DNA from: an uncultured virus (IMG/VR IMGVR_UViG_3300033064_004648)
Taxonomy: Duplodnaviria > Heunggongvirae > Uroviricota > Caudoviricetes
Length of the DNA stretch: 60,829 bases
Reading direction: 5' to 3' (one strand)
IMG/VR virus record: IMGVR_UViG_3300033064_004648
Span: 62,001-122,829 of that record
Shown: positions 30,508 to 39,620 of the stretch, piece after piece
Layout of the letters: the number at the start of each line of letters is the position of its first letter
Numbering within the stretch: position 1 is the first letter of the stretch
The notes under the pieces: model-generated
The model's database searches: none
Seen by the model: the letters and a program-made list of their open reading frames with translations, nothing else
What the model was told of the DNA's origin: nothing
Translations under genes and position numbers: made by a program

Positions 30508-31803
30508 TTACCAAGCGCCACGTAAATCGATAGAAATATCCTCTGTGTAAGAACCACTCGTGGCAGAAATTATTAACGGATACGCTAAGTACATGCTTAC
30601 ATTCTGCACGGAAAAACTATTATCGTTTATTGTCGTCAACGTATAATTTGCTGAAGGAACATTGGTGTTCTTGAGAGCGAACGTGTACAGATTTGCCTGT
30701 TGCACGCCTCCCACATAACCATAGACTGTAAATGTAGTTGTCGTTCCTTCTAAAATTGTATCATTCGCAGGATCAATTCTTGTCTCATAAGAGGCTGTTG
30801 AACTTGCTGAAACTACAACGGAACATGTAGCAGAAGCTGAAGTAGTATCTGTCGCGTATGCCAAAATATCTGTGCTACCATTTCCGGTCAGTACAACGCC
30901 ACCAGAACCAGATACAGTTGCTATTGCACTTGAACTACTCACGTAACTCATATCCTTAGTTACAGAAATATCGTTGATTTCTAAATTAGAAGCCAACAAA
31001 AACGAATCTCCTATTGTTCCCGTAATTGAAGAAGGAGTTAGTGTAAGAGCATAAACAGACTTGTTCTTGTCGGCTACGCCTAGCGTAATATCGTCAGTGT
31101 TTTCGTTCACGGTGTCTGCGCCCATCTCTAACATAAGAAGTTTACAAGAATCATTGTCTTCTGTTTCTTGATTTAAGAAAGATCTTACGCCGTTTCCAAA
31201 TATTTTGAATGCCTGCCAATTATTACTATTCCCAAATAAGAATCTTTGTCCCGATTTTATTTGTCTCGAAACACTGTTGAGTTGTGTGTAAACTATAATA
31301 AATCCTTGAGAAGTTACTGGATCTTTTTTCCCAACACTATCAGAAGGCCTTTTGATAGAATAATCTACGATACAGTGCTCAGATAAATCATTTCCGTCAT
31401 TGTCTGTCCATCTTAAAACGTTATTACATCTCCGAACAGTAATAGATGAAACAAAACTTTTAGTTATCTCAGTATTAACTGCTAAATAATAATTATTATC
31501 AAAATAATATTGATAACCTATTTCTGTAGTGTGTTCCAAATCCTGAAATATGATCTTCTTAAAATCATCAATTAATTTAATTCCCGTTTCACTATTGATT
31601 GCACTATTAATGCGTACATTTACATCAATATATGACCCCGTAGAAAATGGAACTTCTTCTTGTATTGTATATATATCGGGGGCAACTGAAAATTCGGCAT
31701 CTATATTTGCCTGAAAATCTGCTAAAATTGATTCTTTGGGAGTCTGAAAAGTTGTGGCTGATGCAGAGGTAAAATACTTATATGGCATTTTCAGCACCTC
31801 CAT
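30508..31803 (-). CDS. head-closure/neck protein with Ig-like domains
   Basis: VRRCNN.LRW.D..G, QRFLFG; C-terminal Ig-like repeats (SS.SAIATV...G.V...GNG...I). Confidence 0.6.
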   Translation of the reverse strand: MEVLKMPYKYFTSASATTFQTPKESILADFQANIDAEFSVAPDIYTIQEEVPFSTGSYIDVNVRINSAINSETGIKLIDDFKKIIFQDLEHTTEIGYQYYFDNNYYLAVNTEITKSFVSSITVRRCNNVLRWTDNDGNDLSEHCIVDYSIKRPSDSVGKKDPVTSQGFIIVYTQLNSVSRQIKSGQRFLFGNSNNWQAFKIFGNGVRSFLNQETEDNDSCKLLMLEMGADTVNENTDDITLGVADKNKSVYALTLTPSSITGTIGDSFLLASNLEINDISVTKDMSYVSSSSAIATVSGSGGVVLTGNGSTDILAYATDTTSASATCSVVVSASSTASYETRIDPANDTILEGTTTTFTVYGYVGGVQQANLYTFALKNTNVPSANYTLTTINDNSFSVQNVSMYLAYPLIISATSGSYTEDISIDLRGAW

Positions 31804-31824
31804 TTATCTAATTTTTAAATCATG

Positions 31825-32697
31825 TCAATCATCATAAAAACCATTTCGAATTTTATAAACAGTGGCTATATTGATACCAAGTTCTCTAGCAATCTTTGGG
31901 CCAGATATTTTTTTCTTCAATAATTTTTTTGTTTGCAAAATTGTTTCCTTTTTCAAGGCATTAGATTTAACCCATTTTCGACTTGGCAAACTATATATTT
32001 CATTATAAAAACCTCTACTGGCCCTACTCACAACGCTCTTGCTGATTTTTAAATTTTCAGCAATTTCTTTTTGGGATAGCCCTTTATCAAGATATTTTAT
32101 AATTCTTAATATAATTTCTTTTTTAAAAATTTTAGACATTCTCATTTTCTTTTTTGTTTCTAGGGAAGGTGTTTTTCCATACATGCCATTTAACTTGCCA
32201 CATAGTCTGACTCCCCACATCGGATTGTTTTCATTTTTATGTGCCTTAGACATTTTTTCAATTGTTTCTGGAGAATGTGTTCTGCCATAATTTGGATTAT
32301 CTTTTCCTAGTTTTCCATAGTTAGGATTATTTTTGCCACTTTGAGCAGCACACATTTTCTTAATAGTTTCAGGAGAAAGTTTTATTCCCCTATTGCTTTC
32401 AACACACTCACGAATATTATAGGATAAGCCATGTGCTTTGTTTATATCACAAAATAATTGCTCATAATAAGTCAATTTTTCTGGTATACAATATATCAAT
32501 ATTTCAAAAATAAAATTTGTTTCTCCATGTTTATTAAAAGAACTTTGCAAATAAGGATTATGATGTTGATTTCTTCGTAAATCACCCAAATGGTCATTTT
32601 TCCTAGATTTTAAATGTATGCTCTGTCCAACATAGCACTTTCCATTTATAAGATTTCTAATTTGATATATTCCGCAATTAAAATCAGCTTTTTTCAT
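31825..32697 (-). CDS. GIY-YIG homing endonuclease, NUMOD3 repeats and two HTH modules
   Basis: [23 protein letters not shown]; paralogue of 15240..16142. Confidence 0.9.
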   Translation of the reverse strand: MKKADFNCGIYQIRNLINGKCYVGQSIHLKSRKNDHLGDLRRNQHHNPYLQSSFNKHGETNFIFEILIYCIPEKLTYYEQLFCDINKAHGLSYNIRECVESNRGIKLSPETIKKMCAAQSGKNNPNYGKLGKDNPNYGRTHSPETIEKMSKAHKNENNPMWGVRLCGKLNGMYGKTPSLETKKKMRMSKIFKKEIILRIIKYLDKGLSQKEIAENLKISKSVVSRASRGFYNEIYSLPSRKWVKSNALKKETILQTKKLLKKKISGPKIARELGINIATVYKIRNGFYDD

Positions 32698-32782
32698 TTT
32701 TTCCTCAACCTCTAAGATAAGAGATAAGAATGGGGAGGTTTCCCTTTCATTTCAGTAATTAATTGAAACTATCTTATCTCTT
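32698..32782 (-). ncRNA. endonuclease-leader structured RNA, copy 3
   Basis: P1 AAGAGAUAAGA/UCUUAUCUCUU; UAG; P2 UUUCA/UGAAA; P3 GGG-AAACCUC-CCC; loop AACCUC pairs downstream GAGGUU. Confidence 0.65.
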
Positions 32783-32795
32783 TTTTAATATCATT

Positions 32796-33263
32796 TTAAC
32801 TATAGAAAATTTGGTTTCTCCAGCTTGACCAACTATTTTTGCGATATGAATAATCATTTAGTTTCTGGGAAACATCTTCTTTTATTGAATTATAATAACT
32901 TTGTTTTGCTCGAAGACTGTTTGCTTCAGAGTACATCTTAAAATCTCGGTCTTGGAGCATATTTCGACTTTGTAAAATATCATTGATTTCTTTCTTCATC
33001 CAATATTTAACCATAATGGCCGAAAGCATTAATTGGTTTTCAGTTGTAAGATCTACGTCAAAATATCCTTCAATGACACTTCCGGAGACAGTATATGTTA
33101 GTGATTGATTGCATTCATTAAATTCTAAAATACTGTTAAGCAAAAATGGTTCTAAATAAATGTCTAACACGAGACTGCCAGACGTAGTATAAATATTTGT
33201 AAGTCTATAGTCCGTAATATTGGTCAAAAAAAAGTCAAATATTGTTGACGATAAAGTTCCCAT
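32796..33263 (-). CDS. head-tail adaptor-like protein
   Basis: IFD.FL..I.DY.L, F..DLT..NQ..L...MV..W, DFK.YSEAN.L.AK. Confidence 0.65.
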   Translation of the reverse strand: MGTLSSTIFDFFLTNITDYRLTNIYTTSGSLVLDIYLEPFLLNSILEFNECNQSLTYTVSGSVIEGYFDVDLTTENQLMLSAIMVKYWMKKEINDILQSRNMLQDRDFKMYSEANSLRAKQSYYNSIKEDVSQKLNDYSYRKNSWSSWRNQIFYS

Positions 33264-33350
33264 TAAGTAACCTCCTATTTAAATGCAAAATCCCACTACT
33301 TATAGAGGGAATATTTTATATATGTAAATAAACTTATTAAACATCAAAAT

Positions 33351-33427
33351 TAGACAGGTAGGGAGTCGAACCCTATTTAATCGGAAGTATGAATCCAATG
33401 ATTGCACCAATTACTACAATAGGCCTA
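33351..33427 (-). tRNA. degenerate tRNA-like gene (CAU anticodon; probably a pseudo-tRNA)
   Basis: Perfect T arm UAGGG-UUCGACU-CCCUA, D-loop AAUUGGU, anticodon stem UUGGA/UCCGA with an 8-nt loop UUCAUACU; mismatched acceptor stem. Confidence 0.5.
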
Positions 33428-33593
33428 TCTATTTATAGGTGTTCAGGTCACTCAATTGTCCGATGTATCGGGCTTCTTGGGAATATTCCCGCACCCTTAC
33501 CCCAGACGCATCGCCCTCAATGTACCTATTTCTTCAATCCGTCAATTTATCACGCCGACGGAAAGCGTTTTCTTTTACGATAAAATGCCCATT

Positions 33594-34250
33594 TTATGGG
33601 ACAAGAGGCATTTTTCTGTAAGAACCAGAAAATTCAGCCTCTTCAATTATTTTTACGCCAGAAATACGAGCGAATTTGTCTACAATATTCAAATCTAATT
33701 TTTCACCATTTATAATACGTTCTATTATCATTCTACTAACATGTAGTTGTTGAGTTTTATTAGTAGTTTCAAGTAATTCAGCGCATTTTTCAGAATCACA
33801 TTTGAGTACTTCTTGCATTTGTTCAAAATCAAGGAGGTTTTCGTAGATTTCGTTGAATCCAGATTTCTTTACAACATCTTTATCGTTAATATACACATAT
33901 CCTTCGCGGAAAAAATCAGTATAAAGACCGCTACCATGACTTTTTATTAGAAGTTGTAAATCTGAATAAACTATTTGTGATACATCTCCAAAATTAACCC
34001 AAGTATATGGAAAACCCATGCCTTTTGTTTCGGTGGTCATTGTCAGCATGTTTGGACACAATGAGATTACTTCAATGTAATCGTCTTGACTTACACTATC
34101 TCTTTTAGATCTAGGTGCATCACTATCAATTTGTCTTTGCATGTTTCTTATCTGTATTTGTGATTCCAGAATCAATTTTTCCATTTTGTCGATCTGCGAA
34201 TCTTTAGGAACCTGTCTTGTTGTAGTTCTTTTCTTAGGTTGTTCAGCCAT
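33594..34250 (-). CDS. conserved SPbeta-like head-region protein
   Basis: Y.W..FGD...I.Y.DL, FF.EG..YI.D..VV; follows the capsid gene. Confidence 0.65.
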   Translation of the reverse strand: MAEQPKKRTTTRQVPKDSQIDKMEKLILESQIQIRNMQRQIDSDAPRSKRDSVSQDDYIEVISLCPNMLTMTTETKGMGFPYTWVNFGDVSQIVYSDLQLLIKSHGSGLYTDFFREGYVYINDKDVVKKSGFNEIYENLLDFEQMQEVLKCDSEKCAELLETTNKTQQLHVSRMIIERIINGEKLDLNIVDKFARISGVKIIEEAEFSGSYRKMPLVP

Positions 34251-34333
34251 AAAATCCTCTCAATTATTTTTTATACTATTATTATTACCAAATCAATTTG
34301 TTAGATTATCTAATTAATTAATTTATTAATAAT

Positions 34334-34362
34334 ATTATACCATATAATTCTTTTTAAGTCAA
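34334..34362 (-). promoter_or_regulatory. sigma70/sigmaA-type promoter
   Basis: TTGACT-N17-TATAAT with extended -10 TG. Confidence 0.8.
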
Positions 34363-34399
34363 GGGTTAATTAGAGATATTTATAATTAATTTTATTTAG

Positions 34400-35443
34400 T
34401 TATTGATCTTTAATTTTACCTGATTTAATTTTTTCTAAAAATTCATACCACATTTCGGGAGTTGTATCTCCATACCCATAAATATTATGAAATTTCATAT
34501 GCCAATCACGAGTCAAACATGCTCCAAGAGGATATCTCATATGAAGTTCTCTTAATTTTTTTAGAAGTAATTTTAAATCATCTTTTTTATAATCACCAGC
34601 ATTTTCTTTTAATTCAAAATTCAATTCTTTTATAGATTCTTTAAATATTGAGTTGAAAGAATATACATGATGTATATCATCATATTTTTCTCCGCTAATA
34701 ACGCATTTTCCACCACATTGTTTTATAGATTCTTTTTTCCAGCGAGTTATTCTATTTTGCAAATAATCTCTAATATTTGTTAGTCCTCCCCGCCAATTAC
34801 TTGCATTAACTCCACTTATTCTCTCTATTAAGTCTATTCTTGAACAAACAAAACATTTATGCCACTTTAAAAAACTACTAAATGCCACATAATTAATATG
34901 ATTATAATTACAAGTATATTTTATTTTAGAGTTTCTATTGATATACTCATCAGGAAAATCTATAAAGATTAGATTGTTGTCTTCCATTATCTTATTTATT
35001 CTTTCCATGGAATATTTTCTAGAAACTTTTGATTTTTCTAATCCACATATCCTACATCTTCTTCCTCTTTTAAAAGACTCAAAGTTTGTCTTTTTGCCGA
35101 TATGACTACATTCAAATTGTATTATCAATGGTATTTTGCTATTTTTATATTCGATTGAAAGCAATTTGCAATTTTTTAATTTAATATATTCTTTTACATC
35201 TTCAAATTTAAAACTATATTTCTCACTAAATATACGATTTCGACATTCTGTACATCCATTACCGCTCCATACAGACCAAGTATCAGCATTCCATTTGTTA
35301 CCACATATTTTACATTCAAATAAACTTTTTCCGTGAGATCCTTTAAATTCTAGTAAGGCAATTTTATCTCCATGGGTATCAAAAGTTCTTTTTATTGCAA
35401 CTTCATTTGTAATTGTATCTTTTCTTTTATAGTAGTCTCTCAA
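34400..35443 (-). CDS. HNH endonuclease with repeated Zn-binding modules
   Basis: Multiple CxxC motifs; C-terminal CVISG...IHH..SF...GACL...H..FH..YG; likely start is the TTG at 35443 after AAGGAGG. Confidence 0.8.
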   Translation of the reverse strand: MRDYYKRKDTITNEVAIKRTFDTHGDKIALLEFKGSHGKSLFECKICGNKWNADTWSVWSGNGCTECRNRIFSEKYSFKFEDVKEYIKLKNCKLLSIEYKNSKIPLIIQFECSHIGKKTNFESFKRGRRCRICGLEKSKVSRKYSMERINKIMEDNNLIFIDFPDEYINRNSKIKYTCNYNHINYVAFSSFLKWHKCFVCSRIDLIERISGVNASNWRGGLTNIRDYLQNRITRWKKESIKQCGGKCVISGEKYDDIHHVYSFNSIFKESIKELNFELKENAGDYKKDDLKLLLKKLRELHMRYPLGACLTRDWHMKFHNIYGYGDTTPEMWYEFLEKIKSGKIKDQ

Positions 35444-35546
35444 TTCATCCTCCTTTAGATGATTATTTAATATTAATAGGTAGAAAGACAACTAAGGAAA
35501 GTTATCTTTATCGGTAAGTTAGCAAAATTCACCTATCTACCTATTA
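35444..35546 (-). ncRNA. endonuclease-leader structured RNA, copy 4
   Basis: P1 UAAUAGGUAGA/UCUACCUAUUA; UAGG..CCGAU; P3 AAAGAUAAC-UUUCCUUA-GUUGUCUUU; loop complementary to AAGGAG. Confidence 0.68.
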
Positions 35547-35550
35547 TTAT

Positions 35551-35579
35551 ATTTTATCACATAATGTTATTCTTGTCAA
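35551..35579 (-). promoter_or_regulatory. sigma70-type promoter whose predicted start coincides with the leader RNA 5' end
   Basis: TTGACA-N17-TAAAAT with TG extension. Confidence 0.75.
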
Positions 35580-35624
35580 GACCCAATTTAATAATATCAA
35601 ATCAAATCGGACAATTTTTATCCA

Positions 35625-36716
35625 CTATAACGTGATGGTTCCGGCCGTTGAGTTTGTCGCTACCCCAACTCCCCAACTCTTCCAAAGGGTAGTTGTCTGT
35701 TTTAGATCGGCTTTTTCAAATTCTCGCGTTGTATTGGCGAGTGTATTACCTTCCAAAACTAGTTTTACGATTTTATTTACCGCCGGTGAAACAAGCCAAA
35801 GAACCGTGTCACTTAAAACTCTGCCCCAAGGCGTATAAATGTCAGCAACCTGTGGTAATCTCATTATATCAATACCTGAGATTGTAGGAATATGTCCAAT
35901 AGAAACATACTTAGATTCTAAATCATATCTATAGTTTGCATCATTTGGTAGCACGTTTAACAAACCGACTGCCGTTCCTAAAAGCACGGCTTTTGCTCCA
36001 CCGTTCCAAGCAGCAACTTGTTCTGAAAGTCTAACTAGTCCAGCTTGTGTATAGCCAGAAATTCGCAGTCCAGTCGTTGCCGTAGTGGGCAGCGCGGCCA
36101 TAGCAGATGCCATTGAATTATAAACATCTACTGTCATCTGAGTTTCAATGGATTTAATAGCCTTTGTTGTAAAAACTGCCAGACTTTCTTTTCCAGACAA
36201 AACTCTATATAGCGAAACGCCAGTTGTAATAGCATGAACATCGGGAATAATGGTTACTTGACCATTCCACTGCTTTTTTACTTCAGCTTCTCGTTTTCCT
36301 AAAGTTGCTTTGCTTACCACAAACAAATCTCTTGGTTCAATATCAAAAGAGGCACTATCTCCCCATCCAATCACGCTCACATCAGCATATGTGCCAATGG
36401 TGTCTATAATACTATCAGGAAGAATCATATCTATTAGCGAACCAACAACGGAAAATGCCGCTGGTGCAACATTTGGAAAAAAGAACCATTCTTCAACGGG
36501 TTTTTCTGCCATATTGCCAAGATTGGCGCGCATAATAATCTCTTCTTTTAAAGCTTTATTAAGTATTGCTTCTTTCTCGTCTAAACTAATATCGGTACTA
36601 AATCGTCCTGCCACATTGGTGCTGTGGTACCAATAGTCGAGAAAGCAACGAGCTAAATCCTCATTGTTTAAGGATTTAGTTGAGAACGAAACTAAATTAT
36701 CTACTGTATTTTTCAT
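35625..36716 (-). CDS. major capsid protein
   Basis: 363 aa; follows the scaffold and decoration genes; GWGDSASF.I, beta-rich C-terminus. Confidence 0.8.
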   Translation of the reverse strand: MKNTVDNLVSFSTKSLNNEDLARCFLDYWYHSTNVAGRFSTDISLDEKEAILNKALKEEIIMRANLGNMAEKPVEEWFFFPNVAPAAFSVVGSLIDMILPDSIIDTIGTYADVSVIGWGDSASFDIEPRDLFVVSKATLGKREAEVKKQWNGQVTIIPDVHAITTGVSLYRVLSGKESLAVFTTKAIKSIETQMTVDVYNSMASAMAALPTTATTGLRISGYTQAGLVRLSEQVAAWNGGAKAVLLGTAVGLLNVLPNDANYRYDLESKYVSIGHIPTISGIDIMRLPQVADIYTPWGRVLSDTVLWLVSPAVNKIVKLVLEGNTLANTTREFEKADLKQTTTLWKSWGVGVATNSTAGTITL

Positions 36717-36731
36717 TTTCTCTCCTTATCC

Positions 36732-37301
36732 TTAGTTATCCACACATACAAGTTTGTATGCGTCTACGCGCTGATTGTTGATAGCACCAGTACCTATTGA
36801 AAAATAGGTTGTTGCCAAATACAGGAACGACATTCTGCTACCACTTCCAACAGCACTATCCCAATATAGGGTGTAAACATTACTGCCAGAATTAGCATGG
36901 GTATGCGAACTAAAAGTATTTACAAAACAATCTGCACTTAGTTCTATAACATCGCCAACTTGTGGCTTGAAAGCACTAAACACATTGCCTCCAATATTAT
37001 AAAAGTTTCGTGGATCGTCGTTTAGTCCTTTATACTGATAAGTGCCGGAAACTGTTGTATTACAATTTTCTTCACTTGCCATCCATAGACCGTCCATATT
37101 TGAACCAGATGGGCTAGGCGCAGAGACATCCCATACTTCTGAGTATCCAGATGAGCCCGATGAGTTCCACATATTCTGTGTATCTAGACGAAAAACATTT
37201 CCGTTATCGATATCAACAGAACTTGCAGTTATAGCATATCTATTATATGCAACTACATCGTTAGCCGCACACGATTTCTGTAATAGAATTCCTTGTGACA
37301 T
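36732..37301 (-). CDS. head decoration/capsid cement-like protein
   Basis: DIDNGNV..L, F.N..G....AFKPQVGD.IE; directly before the capsid gene. Confidence 0.6.
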   Translation of the reverse strand: MSQGILLQKSCAANDVVAYNRYAITASSVDIDNGNVFRLDTQNMWNSSGSSGYSEVWDVSAPSPSGSNMDGLWMASEENCNTTVSGTYQYKGLNDDPRNFYNIGGNVFSAFKPQVGDVIELSADCFVNTFSSHTHANSGSNVYTLYWDSAVGSGSRMSFLYLATTYFSIGTGAINNQRVDAYKLVCVDN

Positions 37302-37320
37302 ATTTTTATTCCTCCTTTAA

Positions 37321-39291
37321 TTATTTTCTACTTAAGTTTGCCCAAATAGATTTTTTTTGATTTACTTTTCCCCACGGGAAAGCAACTTTGCCTTCTGTAG
37401 GTTCAACGTCGGTTTTTTTGATTGCATAAGAAAAAGCTTGGGCCTTACAATCATTTTTCCATTCATCGATTGTTTCTAAATTATGTTCTAAAGATTTTTC
37501 GCGCATTGCCTTGATTGCATTTTCGGGAATATCGACAGTCGCCTGTAACTCTTCTAATGCGGCATCAACTTCGAAATTAAATCTTTCTTCTTCGATTACA
37601 TCTTTAAATTCCTGTAATTTTTCATTTAACGAAGCAAATTCTTTATTTGAATCAAATAAAGCTTTCATTTTTGCTAACATCAAATTTATAATCACAGAAA
37701 AATCTTTATCTTCCTTGTCGAATTCAGATTTAAGCACATCGCTTATTTCTTCTTCTTTGTCAAACAATGACATGAGTTCACTAATATCAACTTTCTCACT
37801 CATTGGGACAAAATCCTCTTCGTCTCCGACAACCTTATAATCGCTTTTTATAACTTCTTCTTTTTTATCCAAATGTACCTCGCCTACTTCTGCGTCAATA
37901 GTATATTTGGCGCGATATTCTTTTTCATCTTCTTGATCACGTAAGTAAACATATTCTTTATCAACAGATTCTACCCAATATTTGGCAAGTTTTTGTTCGC
38001 CGTATTTGAATTCCGATAAAGAGCTATTGAGCACTTCAATGGTCTGTAAAGAATCAAAAGAAGTTTTATCTTGATCTACTTTTTGATTTTTCACACTATT
38101 TTCGTCCTCCTTTTCTATTTTTTTGTCTTTATCTACGGATATGCCGCCATCAGGATCTTCCGCAGAAAAATCATCTTCTTCTTTTTTGACCCATCGCTCA
38201 TCTATAACCACATGAGATTTTTCAAAGTTAGCGATTGCAATAGCCCACCCATTTTTATCTTCATCAACACCGATGGCGTCGGCTTGCGCAGATATCGAGT
38301 TAGCCTGCCCAAGAGTAACTGGTGGATCAACATTTTTTAAAGCACCATTAATTTCACCTAAATTTTTATAAGGCATAATGTCTCCTTCTTCTTCAAAATA
38401 AGTTAGATTTTTCTCATCTTCTTCATCTAACAAACCTTCTACATTTTCAATCCATTCATATCCTTCATTTCCCCCATATAGCATAAATCTAATGTAAGAA
38501 TCAGAAATTGAATCTTCATCAATATCTTCAAACTTTTTGCTTGAAAAAATTTTATACATATGTCGGATTTTTAAATGATTGGTTTTTCCGTTTTTAACTA
38601 AATGACGTGCCAGCGCCAAAGAAACAGGATTTCCGCCTCTTCCAAGTTCTTTATATAAATCAAGTCCTTTTTGTGCGTTTGTTTTCACTTTTTTTGGAAC
38701 TGAAAAATCAATTGACTCATATTTTTTTGAAAACTCTAATTCATAATCACGTTTGTAATCTTTCGCAAACTTTAATACTGTGGCATGAGCCAAAGGAATT
38801 GCGGGTTCGATTTCACTACCTAGAATTGTGATTGCCTGAAATTTATAATCGCATAATTCTATAACGTCATCCTCTAATTCTTCAAAATCAATGACTTCAA
38901 TTTCAACACTGACAGGCTTATCTCCATCTCTTTTGAAAAAGTCCAGCAATTTTCCGGAATAGTATTTCCACACAAAAGTCTTTACAGACAACATAGTTCT
39001 TCCGTCTGGCATCTTTTTTTCAATAATTTCCGCATCTTTTGGAACAAACCCGCCAGGAATCTGGTCGGGACCGTGACCACCAATATCGTCATGCAATCTA
39101 TTATATTGCCAGACCAAAGGACAGTTTTTTATTGTTGACGCCGTTTTACGCAAAGTTTCTTCGCTAACATAAGTATTATGTAAGTTCCTTCCAGATGCAA
39201 AAAAGTCAAGCAATAATATACTAAAACGTGAATCTGGATTTTCTTCTAATAATTCTATGTTGTCAATAGCAAATAACATTTTATTGTTCAA
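37321..39291 (-). CDS. prohead protease/scaffold fusion with inserted domains
   Basis: SGRNLH, WKYYS, VSVEIEV, F.AITILG...PAI..A; acidic coiled-coil C-terminus; likely start is the TTG at 39291 after AAGGAGG. Confidence 0.78.
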   Translation of the reverse strand: MNNKMLFAIDNIELLEENPDSRFSILLLDFFASGRNLHNTYVSEETLRKTASTIKNCPLVWQYNRLHDDIGGHGPDQIPGGFVPKDAEIIEKKMPDGRTMLSVKTFVWKYYSGKLLDFFKRDGDKPVSVEIEVIDFEELEDDVIELCDYKFQAITILGSEIEPAIPLAHATVLKFAKDYKRDYELEFSKKYESIDFSVPKKVKTNAQKGLDLYKELGRGGNPVSLALARHLVKNGKTNHLKIRHMYKIFSSKKFEDIDEDSISDSYIRFMLYGGNEGYEWIENVEGLLDEEDEKNLTYFEEEGDIMPYKNLGEINGALKNVDPPVTLGQANSISAQADAIGVDEDKNGWAIAIANFEKSHVVIDERWVKKEEDDFSAEDPDGGISVDKDKKIEKEDENSVKNQKVDQDKTSFDSLQTIEVLNSSLSEFKYGEQKLAKYWVESVDKEYVYLRDQEDEKEYRAKYTIDAEVGEVHLDKKEEVIKSDYKVVGDEEDFVPMSEKVDISELMSLFDKEEEISDVLKSEFDKEDKDFSVIINLMLAKMKALFDSNKEFASLNEKLQEFKDVIEEERFNFEVDAALEELQATVDIPENAIKAMREKSLEHNLETIDEWKNDCKAQAFSYAIKKTDVEPTEGKVAFPWGKVNQKKSIWANLSRK

Positions 39292-39323
39292 TACATGCCT
39301 CCTTTCTAAAGACAATCATGCCC

Positions 39324-39515
39324 TTAAAATAATTTTGCAACTTTTAACCATAAAGGAATATCTTGTAAGATCTCTTGTAATAATGAAGTGTCTGAAAAAT
39401 AATAATCTTTTCCAATAACACTCAAAACCGGAAAATGTTTATCATAAACGAGATAATCAGCCATTATTTTATTGCATCTATACTTGCGTTTTATAAAATC
39501 TGGATTTACAAACAT
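39324..39515 (-). CDS. small conserved hypothetical protein
   Basis: 63 aa with strong AAAGGAGG RBS. Confidence 0.65.
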   Translation of the reverse strand: MFVNPDFIKRKYRCNKIMADYLVYDKHFPVLSVIGKDYYFSDTSLLQEILQDIPLWLKVAKLF

Positions 39516-39548
39516 GTCATCCTCCTTTCATAGTTAAATTTCATTAGA

Positions 39549-39590
39549 TAAAAACACTTGTCAAACAATATTGTTAACAAGTGTTTTATT
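39549..39590 (-). terminator. intrinsic terminator-like hairpin
   Basis: AAAACACTTG...CAAGTGTTTT inverted repeat. Confidence 0.6.
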
Positions 39591-39620
39591 TTTAATGGTT
39601 TTTAATTTCGTTATAAAATA

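Noticed and set aside
33351..33575. tmRNA, 6S, SRP or RNase P RNA
   Set aside because: No tmRNA acceptor ends or tag ORF, no SRP or RNase P signature sequences, and no convincing 6S rod.
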